Assembly: GCA_050253075.1 (NCBI GenBank)
Contig: JBFWJS010000001.1
Coordinates: 192,001-256,000, forward strand
From: Deferribacterales bacterium
GTDB lineage: Bacteria; Chrysiogenota; Deferribacteres; Deferribacterales; Geovibrionaceae
Length of the DNA stretch: 64,000 bases
Direction of reading: 5' to 3'
In this document: positions 9,899-18,857 of the stretch, one piece after another
Numbering within the stretch: position 1 is the stretch's first letter
Layout of the letters: each line of letters begins with the position of its first letter
Program-made: the position numbers and the translations under genes
Notes under the pieces: generated by a model
What the model saw: the letters and a program-made list of their open reading frames with translations, nothing else
Told to the model about the DNA's origin: nothing
Databases searched by the model: none

Positions 9899-10199
9899 AC
9901 CTAAGTTCACCGTAGTCGGCAGCCGCACTTCGAGGTAGTGCCCTCAGGATTATGTCGCAGCCTTTCGGAAAAGTCCCCTTGTTCATCCTGAAAATTTCTC
10001 TGAAAATGCGCTTAAGCCGATTTCGGGTCACCGCTTTTTTGTCAACACGCTTGCTGACGGTGACCCCTAATCTCCGCTGGTCTTCCTTTATATATATATA
10101 ATGCAGGGCAACGTATCTACCTACGCTTTTTCTCCCCTGCCTGAAGACCATGTCAAAATCTTTTGTGTTCTTCAGCCTTTCAGCTTTTGTGAAATGCTG
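9828..10199 (-). CDS. rnpA: RNase P protein component (true start unresolved; first ATG at 10151)
   Basis: [22 protein letters not shown] (RNR motif). In-frame upstream [15 protein letters not shown] matches the conserved N-terminus. Confidence 0.88.
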   Translation of the reverse strand, partial: QHFTKAERLKNTKDFDMVFRQGRKSVGRYVALHYIYIKEDQRRLGVTVSKRVDKKAVTRNRLKRIFREIFRMNKGTFPKGCDIILRALPRSAAADYGELRYEILSLAENIKSETMAHRPDQTI

Positions 10200-10203
10200 G
10201 TCG

Positions 10204-10347
10204 TTAGACTGTGAGACGCTTACGGCCTTTAGCTCTTCTTCTAGCGATAGCGAGTTTTCCGCCTCTTGTCTTCATTCTTGATCTGAAGCCGTGCTTACGC
10301 TTGCGCTTTGTGTTGCTTGGCTTTTTCATAGTCAGTTGCTGTGCCAT
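10204..10347 (-). CDS. rpmH: 50S ribosomal protein L34 (47 aa, absent from ORF track)
   Basis: Manual translation [55 protein letters not shown]. Confidence 0.95.
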   Translation of the reverse strand: MAQQLTMKKPSNTKRKRKHGFRSRMKTRGGKLAIARRRAKGRKRLTV

Positions 10348-10416
10348 GTCAACCACTCCTTTCTAGTGTTTATATTTAGAGACTAGTATATTGTCTTGCT
10401 AATATGTGAGCCCGTG

Positions 10417-10445
10417 ATTATATAAGCATGATTCATGTTTGTCAA
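10417..10445 (-). promoter_or_regulatory. Sigma70 promoter of rpmH operon
   Basis: Perfect TTGACA-17 nt-TATAAT on the minus strand. Confidence 0.8.
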
Positions 10446-10468
10446 CAGATGAAAGTTGCATTTTTTGC

Positions 10469-10497
10469 TTGACTAATAAACTGCACTTATGTATAAG
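10469..10497 (+). promoter_or_regulatory. Sigma70 promoter of rplU-rpmA
   Basis: TTGACT-17 nt-TATAAG. Confidence 0.65.
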
Positions 10498-10541
10498 TGA
10501 TGTTCCCTGCATCTGGCAGGTTTCGTGGAGGTACGTATAAA

Positions 10542-10856
10542 ATGTTCGCAATTATAAAGAGTGGCGGAAAACAGTACACTGTCAAACCCGGTGACACACT
10601 GAAGGTTGACAAGCTGAACGCTGAAGAAAACTCAACTATCGAAATCAGTGATGTCCTTGCAGTTAGCGAGAATGGTCAGCTGAACGTCGGTGCTCCTTTT
10701 GTTAGCGGCGCTGTTGTTAAGGCTACTGTTGTTGCACATAGCAAAGGTGATAAAATTCTCGTTTTCAAGAGAACACGTCGTAAAGACTACAAAAAGAGAT
10801 ACGGTCACCGCTCTGCACTTACATCTATTAAGATTGAAGATATCAAAGTAGGCTAA
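10542..10856 (+). CDS. rplU: 50S ribosomal protein L21
   Basis: [12 protein letters not shown]...GHR; GGAGG RBS. Confidence 0.96.
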   Translation: MFAIIKSGGKQYTVKPGDTLKVDKLNAEENSTIEISDVLAVSENGQLNVGAPFVSGAVVKATVVAHSKGDKILVFKRTRRKDYKKRYGHRSALTSIKIEDIKVG

Positions 10857-10869
10857 GGGAGGCGTACTA

Positions 10870-11130
10870 ATGGCTCATAAGAAAGCTGGTGGTAGTACCA
10901 GAAACGGTAGAGATTCGAACTCTAAACGCCTCGGCGTTAAAAAGTACGACGGTGAGCAAGTTCTCGCCGGTAACATCATCGTTAGACAGCGCGGCACAAA
11001 ATTCAAGCCCGGTGTAAACGTTGGTATCGGTAAAGACGATACACTTTTTGCTCTCACACACGGATTTGTAAAATTCCAGGACAGAGGCAGCAAAGGTAAA
11101 TTCGTTAATATCGTAGAGGAAAGAGCGTAA
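10870..11130 (+). CDS. rpmA: 50S ribosomal protein L27
   Basis: [16 protein letters not shown]...RLGVK...IIVRQRGT. Confidence 0.97.
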   Translation: MAHKKAGGSTRNGRDSNSKRLGVKKYDGEQVLAGNIIVRQRGTKFKPGVNVGIGKDDTLFALTHGFVKFQDRGSKGKFVNIVEERA

Positions 11131-11168
11131 GTTTTTTCTTACTCTTTTCAAACCGAATAAGAAATAAC

Positions 11169-11196
11169 AAAGCTCACCTTTCAGGTGGGCTTTTTT
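11169..11196 (+). terminator. Intrinsic terminator after rpmA
   Basis: AGCTCACCT-TTC-AGGTGGGC-TTTTTT. Confidence 0.75.
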
Positions 11197-11227
11197 CTTG
11201 GTATTATGTTTCATAAAGGAACAAGAG

Positions 11228-12253
11228 ATGAAATTTATAGACACCTGTGAAATTATGGCTATCGGCGGTAAAGGCGGCGACGGATGCATGAGCTTCCGTA
11301 GGGAAAAGTTTGTCCCCCGCGGCGGTCCTGACGGCGGAAACGGCGGTCCCGGAGGCGATGTTATCCTCCGTGCAGACAGCACAAAACACACACTGATGGA
11401 CGTGCGCTACATCTATCACCGCAGAGGCGAAAGAGGCATACACGGCAAAGGTAAAGACATGCACGGACGCAAAGGTGAGAACGCCATTGTCATCGTGCCT
11501 ATCGGTACAGTCGTAAAGAATGCCGATACGGGTGAAATACTGGCCGACCTGACAAAGCAGGACGAAGAAGTGATCGTGGCCAAAGGCGGCAAAGGCGGCC
11601 GAGGCAACGCAAACTTTACATCACCTACACACCGTGCTCCCACAAGACACGAACCGGGTGAAGAGGGGGAGACGGTTAAACTGGCTCTCGAACTTAAACT
11701 TATCGCTGACGTAGGTATCATCGGATTCCCTAACGCAGGTAAATCTACATTCATCTCATCCGTATCAGCCGCAAAGGCTAAGGTTGCGGATTATCCTTTC
11801 ACCACTCTGACACCTAACCTCGGAGTGATAAAAGGTCTTTACGGCAATGCATTCGTACTGGCAGATATGCCGGGGCTCATCGAAGGCGCACACGAAGGTG
11901 TCGGTCTTGGAATTCAGTTCCTAAGACACATCGAACGTACAAAGCTGCTCCTTCACCTTGTGGATGCTTCAGCAGAGGAATCTATGATTGAGAGATACGA
12001 GAAGCTGCGCCTCGAGCTGGACAAGTTCAGCCATGAAGTGGCAGGAAAGCCTGAAGTCATCGCAGCCACGAAGATGGACTCTGTCTATCAGGAAAAGCTG
12101 GACGAGTTCAAGGCTTATCTCGCTGAGAACCACCCCGAAATACCTTTCTTTGAGGTGTCTTCCATCGCAAAGCAGGGAACGGATAAGCTCATAAAGCATC
12201 TGGACGATTCTCTCACGGATCTATTTGGTGAAGAGGATGAAGAAGCTCTCTGA
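11228..12253 (+). CDS. obgE: GTPase ObgE/CgtA
   Basis: MKFID, FRREKFVPRGGPDGG, GFPNAGKST, ADYPFTT. Confidence 0.96.
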   Translation: MKFIDTCEIMAIGGKGGDGCMSFRREKFVPRGGPDGGNGGPGGDVILRADSTKHTLMDVRYIYHRRGERGIHGKGKDMHGRKGENAIVIVPIGTVVKNADTGEILADLTKQDEEVIVAKGGKGGRGNANFTSPTHRAPTRHEPGEEGETVKLALELKLIADVGIIGFPNAGKSTFISSVSAAKAKVADYPFTTLTPNLGVIKGLYGNAFVLADMPGLIEGAHEGVGLGIQFLRHIERTKLLLHLVDASAEESMIERYEKLRLELDKFSHEVAGKPEVIAATKMDSVYQEKLDEFKAYLAENHPEIPFFEVSSIAKQGTDKLIKHLDDSLTDLFGEEDEEAL

Positions 12254-12680
12254 TATAATAGGCAAATCTATGCCTGCGAACTTCCAGTCCTATCTTAAAG
12301 TTAAGAAGGTCTGGAATGACTGCGCAGGCGAGACGCTCGCTTTCCTCACTACCGTGGGGAGCTTAAAGGAGGGCGTGCTTAATGTCGCCGTCCACGACCA
12401 GATGTGGCTCTCGGAGATCGGCTTCCTGAAAGGCGAGCTGGTGAGCAAGCTGCAGTCATACGGCGTGGATGCGACAAACATCAACTTCTATTACAAACCC
12501 AGACCAAAATCTCAGGCGGAAAAAGCCATACCTAAACGTAAGGAAATGTCCGCCAAAGAAAAGCAGTTTGCGGATAAACTCGTAAATACCGTCGAGAATG
12601 ACGCCCTGAGGGAATCATTACGCAGGGCAATTTACGCTTATTTCACCGTATACACCCTTGACGACTACTTAAACTGCTGA
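12237..12680 (+). CDS. DUF721/DciA-like protein
   Basis: W...G..LA..T....LKEGVLNVAV...W.SE pattern typical of DUF721; overlaps the obgE end. Confidence 0.6.
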   Translation: MKKLSDIIGKSMPANFQSYLKVKKVWNDCAGETLAFLTTVGSLKEGVLNVAVHDQMWLSEIGFLKGELVSKLQSYGVDATNINFYYKPRPKSQAEKAIPKRKEMSAKEKQFADKLVNTVENDALRESLRRAIYAYFTVYTLDDYLNC

Positions 12681-12752
12681 TTTAATAATCTTTATAAACA
12701 ATTTCTTATTTACACCATTTTAGTATGACTTATTTTTAGAAATGGAGGCGAG

Positions 12753-13277
12753 ATGATATTAGAAGTTAAAACATTTCCGGACAAGGTTCTCAGGATAAAG
12801 GCTGAGCCTGTCGTAGATATAAATGAAGAAACCGTAAAGCTCCTCGACAACATGGTGCAGACCATGCATCATCAGAAAGGTGTCGGTCTTGCTGCGCCGC
12901 AGGTAGGCATAAGCAAAAGAATCATCGTAATAGACACATCCGCAGGCGAGGACGAAGGGATGATCCTGCGTGTCATAAACCCTGAGATAATCGAAGCATC
13001 AGGCGAGCAGGTCGGCGAAGAGGGATGTCTCAGCGTCCCCGGAGAATATGAACCTGTGCGCAGAGCAGAAAAGATAAGGGTAAAAGCCCTCAGCGAAGAG
13101 GGTAAACCATATACAATGGAGGCCGAAGGCTTCCTCGCACGTGTCTTTCAGCATGAAATAGACCACCTGAACGGAGTGCTCTTTATAGACAGACTCCCCT
13201 CCTTTAAGAAAGAGACAGTCAAAAAATCTATAAAAAGACGTATTGCCGACGGAGATTATGTAGTTACAGGTGAATAA
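12753..13277 (+). CDS. def: Peptide deformylase
   Basis: GVGLAAPQ, EGCLS, QHEIDHLNG. Confidence 0.96.
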   Translation: MILEVKTFPDKVLRIKAEPVVDINEETVKLLDNMVQTMHHQKGVGLAAPQVGISKRIIVIDTSAGEDEGMILRVINPEIIEASGEQVGEEGCLSVPGEYEPVRRAEKIRVKALSEEGKPYTMEAEGFLARVFQHEIDHLNGVLFIDRLPSFKKETVKKSIKRRIADGDYVVTGE

Positions 13278-13335
13278 TCACTATTTTTTCAACATTTAAG
13301 TGCTATCATTACTTAAAACATCTCAGGAGACAGGT

Positions 13336-13860
13336 ATGATTGAGAGTATCGCTCTTGCGCTTATGAAAACTCTGGCTACTTTTCTTTTTAAGTCTTATAT
13401 GGTCTCTCAGGCAAAGATAAACATAGAGGGAGCACCTGCATGGTACATGCAGAACGACTCTGCAAGGGTCTGCGTCTATGATTTCCAGAAAGGCGGGCTC
13501 GGAGCCGTGGATAAAGCGAAAGACGGTGCATACCTCAAAATGAACGAAGAGCTTTCAGACATCCTTGAGACTGTCATTTATCAGAATTTCTCCAACCTTA
13601 AAGATCAGAAAGAGAAAACATTCGTAATGATGTTTAAGGACGACAAAGATGCGCCCTATTTCATCAGGCAGCATATGACATTCCTAGATATAGAATATAA
13701 AAAGAATATTCAGACTGCTTTTGTCAAAGCATGCATTGATAAAGACACCATCATAGCTTATCAGGACAAGCGTGTGGGCACTATAAAGTATGAGCTGACA
13801 CATAAAAGAGCCGATAACGCATTTGAAGAACTGGACAACAGCATCACCGAAACAGAATAA
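13336..13860 (+). CDS. Hypothetical protein (GAPAWY motif, weakly LPP20-like)
   Basis: ORF with AGGAG RBS before ATG 13336. Confidence 0.6.
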   Translation: MIESIALALMKTLATFLFKSYMVSQAKINIEGAPAWYMQNDSARVCVYDFQKGGLGAVDKAKDGAYLKMNEELSDILETVIYQNFSNLKDQKEKTFVMMFKDDKDAPYFIRQHMTFLDIEYKKNIQTAFVKACIDKDTIIAYQDKRVGTIKYELTHKRADNAFEELDNSITETE

Positions 13861-13913
13861 TATCTAGCCCTCCTTCGTATTGTGTATATCTTACACTTTA
13901 TAAGGAGGGCGTT

Positions 13914-14372
13914 ATGCGTCTAATCATTACACTATTCATAATATCTGCCTTTGCCGTATCTTGTGGCGGGCTCGGCAACAAATACAGCGCAGACAGCGAT
14001 TTCTATTACAATCAGGTGACAGAGCAGAATGTTATCGACACATACATCTTTGACGAAAAGATGAAGCGTGAATTGATGTTTACACCGCCTCTGCTGCGGC
14101 CGACATACACTGACTATCTCACTATAAATGCAGACCTCAACGGCGACGGTAAAAAGGATATACTGGCAGCCGTAAACCATCGTAAATTCATGGAAGACGG
14201 TAAATACAGAATCTATGTATTCATCGCAAATGAGTACGGATTTACCCAGCTTAAGCCCTATTTCCTCTCTGATACTCTGAACATAAAAGTTTTGGGTACT
14301 TCTTCACAAGGCATGGCGGAACTTTCCGCAGGTGAACGTGTCTTTAAATATGACGGTACAACATATAAGTGA
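13914..14372 (+). CDS. Hypothetical lipoprotein
   Basis: Signal peptide with lipobox FAVSC; DLNGDGKKD Ca-binding-like loop; AAGGAGG RBS. Confidence 0.7.
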   Translation: MRLIITLFIISAFAVSCGGLGNKYSADSDFYYNQVTEQNVIDTYIFDEKMKRELMFTPPLLRPTYTDYLTINADLNGDGKKDILAAVNHRKFMEDGKYRIYVFIANEYGFTQLKPYFLSDTLNIKVLGTSSQGMAELSAGERVFKYDGTTYK

Positions 14373-14379
14373 GGAAATT

Positions 14380-15045
14380 ATGCGATACTTACTGGCACTG
14401 ATGCTTCTCTTTACAGGTCTGAATGCCTATGCAGGGCAGCCTGTTAATATTAACGACACCCTTACTGTTTCAGCAGATATAACGCCGGATACTATGACAG
14501 CACACGTCACCGTGTCTACAATAGCGGACTCTTTCTCTAAAGCTGCGGCAAAGATGGAGAAGGCATCTGAGATCATTAAAAGCAACTCAGGGATATGCTC
14601 TTTCAACAGCTACAGAGTAAGCCCCAGATATCGATATACTGACGGCAAACGCATCGACGACGGCTTTGAGGGATACTTATCTTCACCATGTTCATTTACA
14701 GAGATAGACTCGTATAATGACCTGCTGAATGATCTGGACTCTCTTTCGTCTGAGCTGTCTGTATCTGTGTCTCCAATATCGTGGACAACTAACCCTGACA
14801 GGATGGATGCCATGCAGACACAGCTTAAGATGGACCTTATAAAGGAGATATACTCAATACTCCCCGCATACTCCGGTGCTACACAGAAACAGTGCTCACT
14901 GGCATCTGTAGACTATACAGGCAGTATGGACAATACTTACGCTCCCGTAATGATGCGATCAGAGGCAAAGATAAATATGTCCGTACCTGATAGATCGGAC
15001 AAAACTGTTTCCGTATCTGCAAATATATTGCTAATATGTAAATAG
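14380..15045 (+). CDS. Exported SIMPL/DUF541-like protein
   Basis: Signal peptide ending AYA; ITPD, YRVSPRY and terminal beta strand fit the DUF541 pattern. Confidence 0.55.
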   Translation: MRYLLALMLLFTGLNAYAGQPVNINDTLTVSADITPDTMTAHVTVSTIADSFSKAAAKMEKASEIIKSNSGICSFNSYRVSPRYRYTDGKRIDDGFEGYLSSPCSFTEIDSYNDLLNDLDSLSSELSVSVSPISWTTNPDRMDAMQTQLKMDLIKEIYSILPAYSGATQKQCSLASVDYTGSMDNTYAPVMMRSEAKINMSVPDRSDKTVSVSANILLICK

Positions 15046-15076
15046 ATTCTCAGATGATGATTCTGGGGAGTAAACC

Positions 15077-15364
15077 ATGAAGTATTTAGTAATCATATTC
15101 ATAGCCGTTATGGCTGTAATGCCTGCTAAAGCTATGGCGACAGACCAGGACATTCTACGGGCTATCATCTTTATGTTAGAATCAGGTAAAGCGACTAAAA
15201 GATCACCTGACAAAGATCTGCCTTCATATTATGAAAATGAAAAGGATACTCCTTATGATATGCAGGGCTATGACGAAGGGAACATACTGATCATCCATGT
15301 ACCTGTGCCTAACAGCGGCGGTTTGACCGTTCCTAAGTTCATCTTTGTAGACGACAAAAAATAA
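15077..15364 (+). CDS. Hypothetical exported protein
   Basis: GGAG RBS; signal peptide ending AMA. Confidence 0.6.
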   Translation: MKYLVIIFIAVMAVMPAKAMATDQDILRAIIFMLESGKATKRSPDKDLPSYYENEKDTPYDMQGYDEGNILIIHVPVPNSGGLTVPKFIFVDDKK

Positions 15365-15368
15365 CCAT

Positions 15369-15397
15369 AAAAAAAGGCCACCCGAAGGTGGCCTTTT
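15369..15397. terminator. Bidirectional intrinsic terminator
   Basis: AAAAAAAGGCCACC-CGAA-GGTGGCCTTTT between convergent genes. Confidence 0.85.
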
Positions 15398-15420
15398 CCA
15401 TATCTAAAGAGCGTTAACTC

Positions 15421-15879
15421 TTAGTTCTCAAGGTTTACAATATCATCGTAGAGATACTGTATGTCCTTCTTATGACATGCGACATCGTAAGCGAGTCTTT
15501 GAAAAGCCTCACCTGCTTCGCCTTCAAACTTTTCAGCCATCTGCTCGTAGAACTTCATAGAGTTATCTTCGTGTCTGATAGCGATAAGCAGAAGCTCCTG
15601 CACGTTCAGGTCAGGTTTTACAACCTCAGAACGACCTGTTTTACCGATGCCAAGGTCTCTCAGCTTACATGTAGAATCAAGCCCCAGTTTATCCAGGCAT
15701 CCACACATAATAGAGTCTTCTATGTCCTTCTTGAATCTCTGCTTTGTATCCATAAGCTCCTGAATGATCTTCTTGGAGCTCAGTTCTGATACAAGTGAGA
15801 GAAGTTTCTCATAGAAGTCATAAGTGAGCTGTTCTTTCTGTGCGGCTTCTTTCAAAGCCTCAACAACTGTTGCTTCCAT
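15421..15879 (-). CDS. Ferritin-like / rubrerythrin-domain protein
   Basis: Two helical repeats A...E.....FY..(L/M); 9 bp downstream of nuoN. Confidence 0.7.
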   Translation of the reverse strand: MEATVVEALKEAAQKEQLTYDFYEKLLSLVSELSSKKIIQELMDTKQRFKKDIEDSIMCGCLDKLGLDSTCKLRDLGIGKTGRSEVVKPDLNVQELLLIAIRHEDNSMKFYEQMAEKFEGEAGEAFQRLAYDVACHKKDIQYLYDDIVNLEN

Positions 15880-15888
15880 TTAACTCTC

Positions 15889-17328
15889 CTACACAAGCAG
15901 TGTCTTCACAAGGTTTACGAAGAACGATGGGAAGAAACCGATCGCAAGCACCATCACTGCTCCGATGAAGGAAGTGATGAATGCAGAGCGTGTTACAGTA
16001 GCGTCAACATCGTACTCAGCCTCTTTGAAGTACATAAATATTGTGACACGCATGTAGTAGTAACAAGCGAGTGCACTGTTAAGACCGCCGATGATAGCGA
16101 GCCAGTAAAGCTCAGCTTTCATAGCAGACATAAGGATCTGGAATTTACCGATGAATCCTGCAAGTGGTGGAATGCCGGCAAGAGAGAACATGAATATAAG
16201 CATTCCAAGAGCATACATTGGGTTCTTTTTAGCAAGACCAGCAAAGCTCTCGATTCTCTCGTCGTCGATCATACCTTTGTTCTTTATAAGACCGAGCAGT
16301 GTGAAAGCTCCTATGTTCATGAAGGCATAGATAAGTGCGTAAAGCGCAACAGACTGGTAGCCTTCTGGGTTCATAGAAACAAGACCGATCAGCATGAAAC
16401 CTGCGTGTGCAATGGCAGAGTAACCGAGCATTCTCTTAACGTTGTTCTGTGCGAGAGCAACGAGGTTACCGTATGTCATTGTGATAACAGCAAGGATGCT
16501 GAAGAACAGTCCCCACATTCCGCTAACCGGCTCAAGCGCGATCCATGCGAATCTTATAAGCGCACCCATAGCAGCAGCCTTAGGAGCAACTGTCATGAAG
16601 CCTGTAGCAGGTGTCGGTGCACCCTGATAAACATCAGGTGCCCACATGTGGAACGGTACTGCGGAGATCTTGAACGCGAAACCGGCAAGCATCATAACAA
16701 GACCGATCTTAAATGTGGAGAGGCCGGCAGCCTCGCCTTTAAGAGCAGCAGCTATCTCAAGGTAGTTGAGTGAGCCGGTTGAACCGTATACATAAGTAAG
16801 ACCGTACAGGAAAAGACCGGAAGAAAAAGCACCTATGATGAAGTACTTGATACCCGCTTCTGTAGATCTTACGCATTTTTTGTTAAATCCTGCAAGGATG
16901 TACATGGAGATAGCCATTGTTTCCATACCAGCGTAGAACACTGTCAGGTCGAATGCAGAAACCATGAACATCATGCCGATGATGCTGAAGAACATGATGG
17001 AGTAGAATTCGCCCTTAAGGATTCCCTTGTCTTTCAGGTAGCTAACAGAACCGAGCGATGTCAGTGTGTATGCCACGCCGAAGATCAGGAAGAACACAAA
17101 AGAGTATGAGTCCCACATAACCATGTTGTTAAAGCCGAGGAATTTCTTTCCAACCGGCGGCCAGGATATAAGAACTGTTATAGCTATGAATACGATACCG
17201 AAGTAACCTACCATAGATTTCTTCTCGCCCTTTGTCATTACGTCGAGTACGACAAGTACGAGACCGAAAACAGTCATGAACACTTCTGGGTAAATCGAAA
17301 GAAGGTTTAATAATGCTTGTTGTGTCAT
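15889..17328 (-). CDS. nuoN: NADH-quinone oxidoreductase subunit N
   Basis: EAGIKYF, FKISAVPFHMWAPDVYQGAPTP. Confidence 0.95.
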   Translation of the reverse strand: MTQQALLNLLSIYPEVFMTVFGLVLVVLDVMTKGEKKSMVGYFGIVFIAITVLISWPPVGKKFLGFNNMVMWDSYSFVFFLIFGVAYTLTSLGSVSYLKDKGILKGEFYSIMFFSIIGMMFMVSAFDLTVFYAGMETMAISMYILAGFNKKCVRSTEAGIKYFIIGAFSSGLFLYGLTYVYGSTGSLNYLEIAAALKGEAAGLSTFKIGLVMMLAGFAFKISAVPFHMWAPDVYQGAPTPATGFMTVAPKAAAMGALIRFAWIALEPVSGMWGLFFSILAVITMTYGNLVALAQNNVKRMLGYSAIAHAGFMLIGLVSMNPEGYQSVALYALIYAFMNIGAFTLLGLIKNKGMIDDERIESFAGLAKKNPMYALGMLIFMFSLAGIPPLAGFIGKFQILMSAMKAELYWLAIIGGLNSALACYYYMRVTIFMYFKEAEYDVDATVTRSAFITSFIGAVMVLAIGFFPSFFVNLVKTLLV

Positions 17329-17344
17329 ATCTCTGAACCTCCCC

Positions 17345-18844
17345 TTACTTCATCGCCACGGCGGCTGTCGCCATGTGGTCAACGAGGTGTTTTACACTTG
17401 CGTGCATATACTCAGTAAAGGTCTCAGGATACAGACCAATCCAGAACACTATGATCAGCAGAGGGAAGATATAAATAACTTCTCTCAGGTTCATATCTTT
17501 CAGGTTTTCCCATCTAGTGTTGAGCTGCTGATAAAGCACTCTCTGGTAAACCCAGAGCATGTAAACAGCGGAGAAGATAACACCGATCGCCGCAAGTATC
17601 GCCCAGTCGCTGAACGCCTGGAAAGCACCTACGAGAACGAGGAATTCACCGATGAATGCACCCATAGAAGGAAGACCGATAGAACCCATTGTAAAGATCA
17701 GGAAGATAGTAGCGAATACAGGTACGCTTTTAGCGATACCGCCGTAGTCGGATATCTCTCTGGTGTGTGTTCTTTCGTATATCAGACCTATCAGAAGGAA
17801 GAGTGCACCTGTGATGATACCGTGGTTAAACATCTGCAGGATACCGCCTTCAATACCGGCCTGATTAAGAGCATATATACCGAGTGTTACAAAACCCATG
17901 TGTGAAACAGATGAGTAAGCAACAAGTTTCTTAATGTCTTTCTGAACCATCGCAACAAGAGCACCGTAGATGATCGCTATGACAGACATCACTGCGACGA
18001 ACGGCATCAGCTTGATAGATGCGATAGGTGTCATTGGCAGACAGAATCTCAGCATACCGTAAGTACCCATCTTAAGAAGTACACCGGCAAGGATAACAGA
18101 TCCTGCTGTAGGCGCCTCAACGTGAGCGTCAGGAAGCCATGTGTGTACAGGGAACATAGGAACTTTAATGGCAAAGCCGAGGAAGAATGCACCGAAGATC
18201 AGCATCTGGAATCCAGGTGCGTAGCTTGCGTGCATAGCTGTTATCGACAGTATGTCGAATGTGTAGACTCCTGTAAGGGAACCGTGCTTGAAGTAGAGCG
18301 CGATGATCGCGATCATCATAAGTACGGAACCTGCAAATGTATACAGGAAGAACTTAACAGCAGCGTATACTCTTCTCTTACCGCCCCATACACCGATGAT
18401 GAGGTACATTGGGATAAGCATTGCTTCCCAAAGGATGTAGAAGAGGAAGAAGTCAAGAGCAAGGAACACACCGACCATACCTGTCTCAAGGATAAGCATA
18501 GAGATGTAGAACTCTTTCTGTCTCTTCTGGATGTAAGTAAAAGAGCCGAGTATAGCTATAGCTGTAAGCAGTGTTGTGAGGAAGATCATAAGGATAGATA
18601 TTCCGTCAACACCGACAGCATATTTAACCCCGATAGCAGGTATCCAGTCGAAACTTTCAACGAACTGCATAGCAGGGTTTGACTTATCAAAGTTAGTCAT
18701 AAGCGGAATAGTAAAGATGAACTCTACTATTGACGCTACAAAGGCAGCCCACATGGTAGCCTTTCCACTCTTAAAGAATATAAGGATGAAAAGTGCCGCC
18801 GCGAGCGGGAAGAAAATGAGAATGCTAAGAATGTTTTCCATCAT
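17345..18844 (-). CDS. nuoM: NADH-quinone oxidoreductase subunit M
   Basis: VDGIS, WEAMLIPMY, HTWLPDAHVEAPT. Confidence 0.95.
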   Translation of the reverse strand: MMENILSILIFFPLAAALFILIFFKSGKATMWAAFVASIVEFIFTIPLMTNFDKSNPAMQFVESFDWIPAIGVKYAVGVDGISILMIFLTTLLTAIAILGSFTYIQKRQKEFYISMLILETGMVGVFLALDFFLFYILWEAMLIPMYLIIGVWGGKRRVYAAVKFFLYTFAGSVLMMIAIIALYFKHGSLTGVYTFDILSITAMHASYAPGFQMLIFGAFFLGFAIKVPMFPVHTWLPDAHVEAPTAGSVILAGVLLKMGTYGMLRFCLPMTPIASIKLMPFVAVMSVIAIIYGALVAMVQKDIKKLVAYSSVSHMGFVTLGIYALNQAGIEGGILQMFNHGIITGALFLLIGLIYERTHTREISDYGGIAKSVPVFATIFLIFTMGSIGLPSMGAFIGEFLVLVGAFQAFSDWAILAAIGVIFSAVYMLWVYQRVLYQQLNTRWENLKDMNLREVIYIFPLLIIVFWIGLYPETFTEYMHASVKHLVDHMATAAVAMK

Positions 18845-18857
18845 CTTTCCATCCCCC

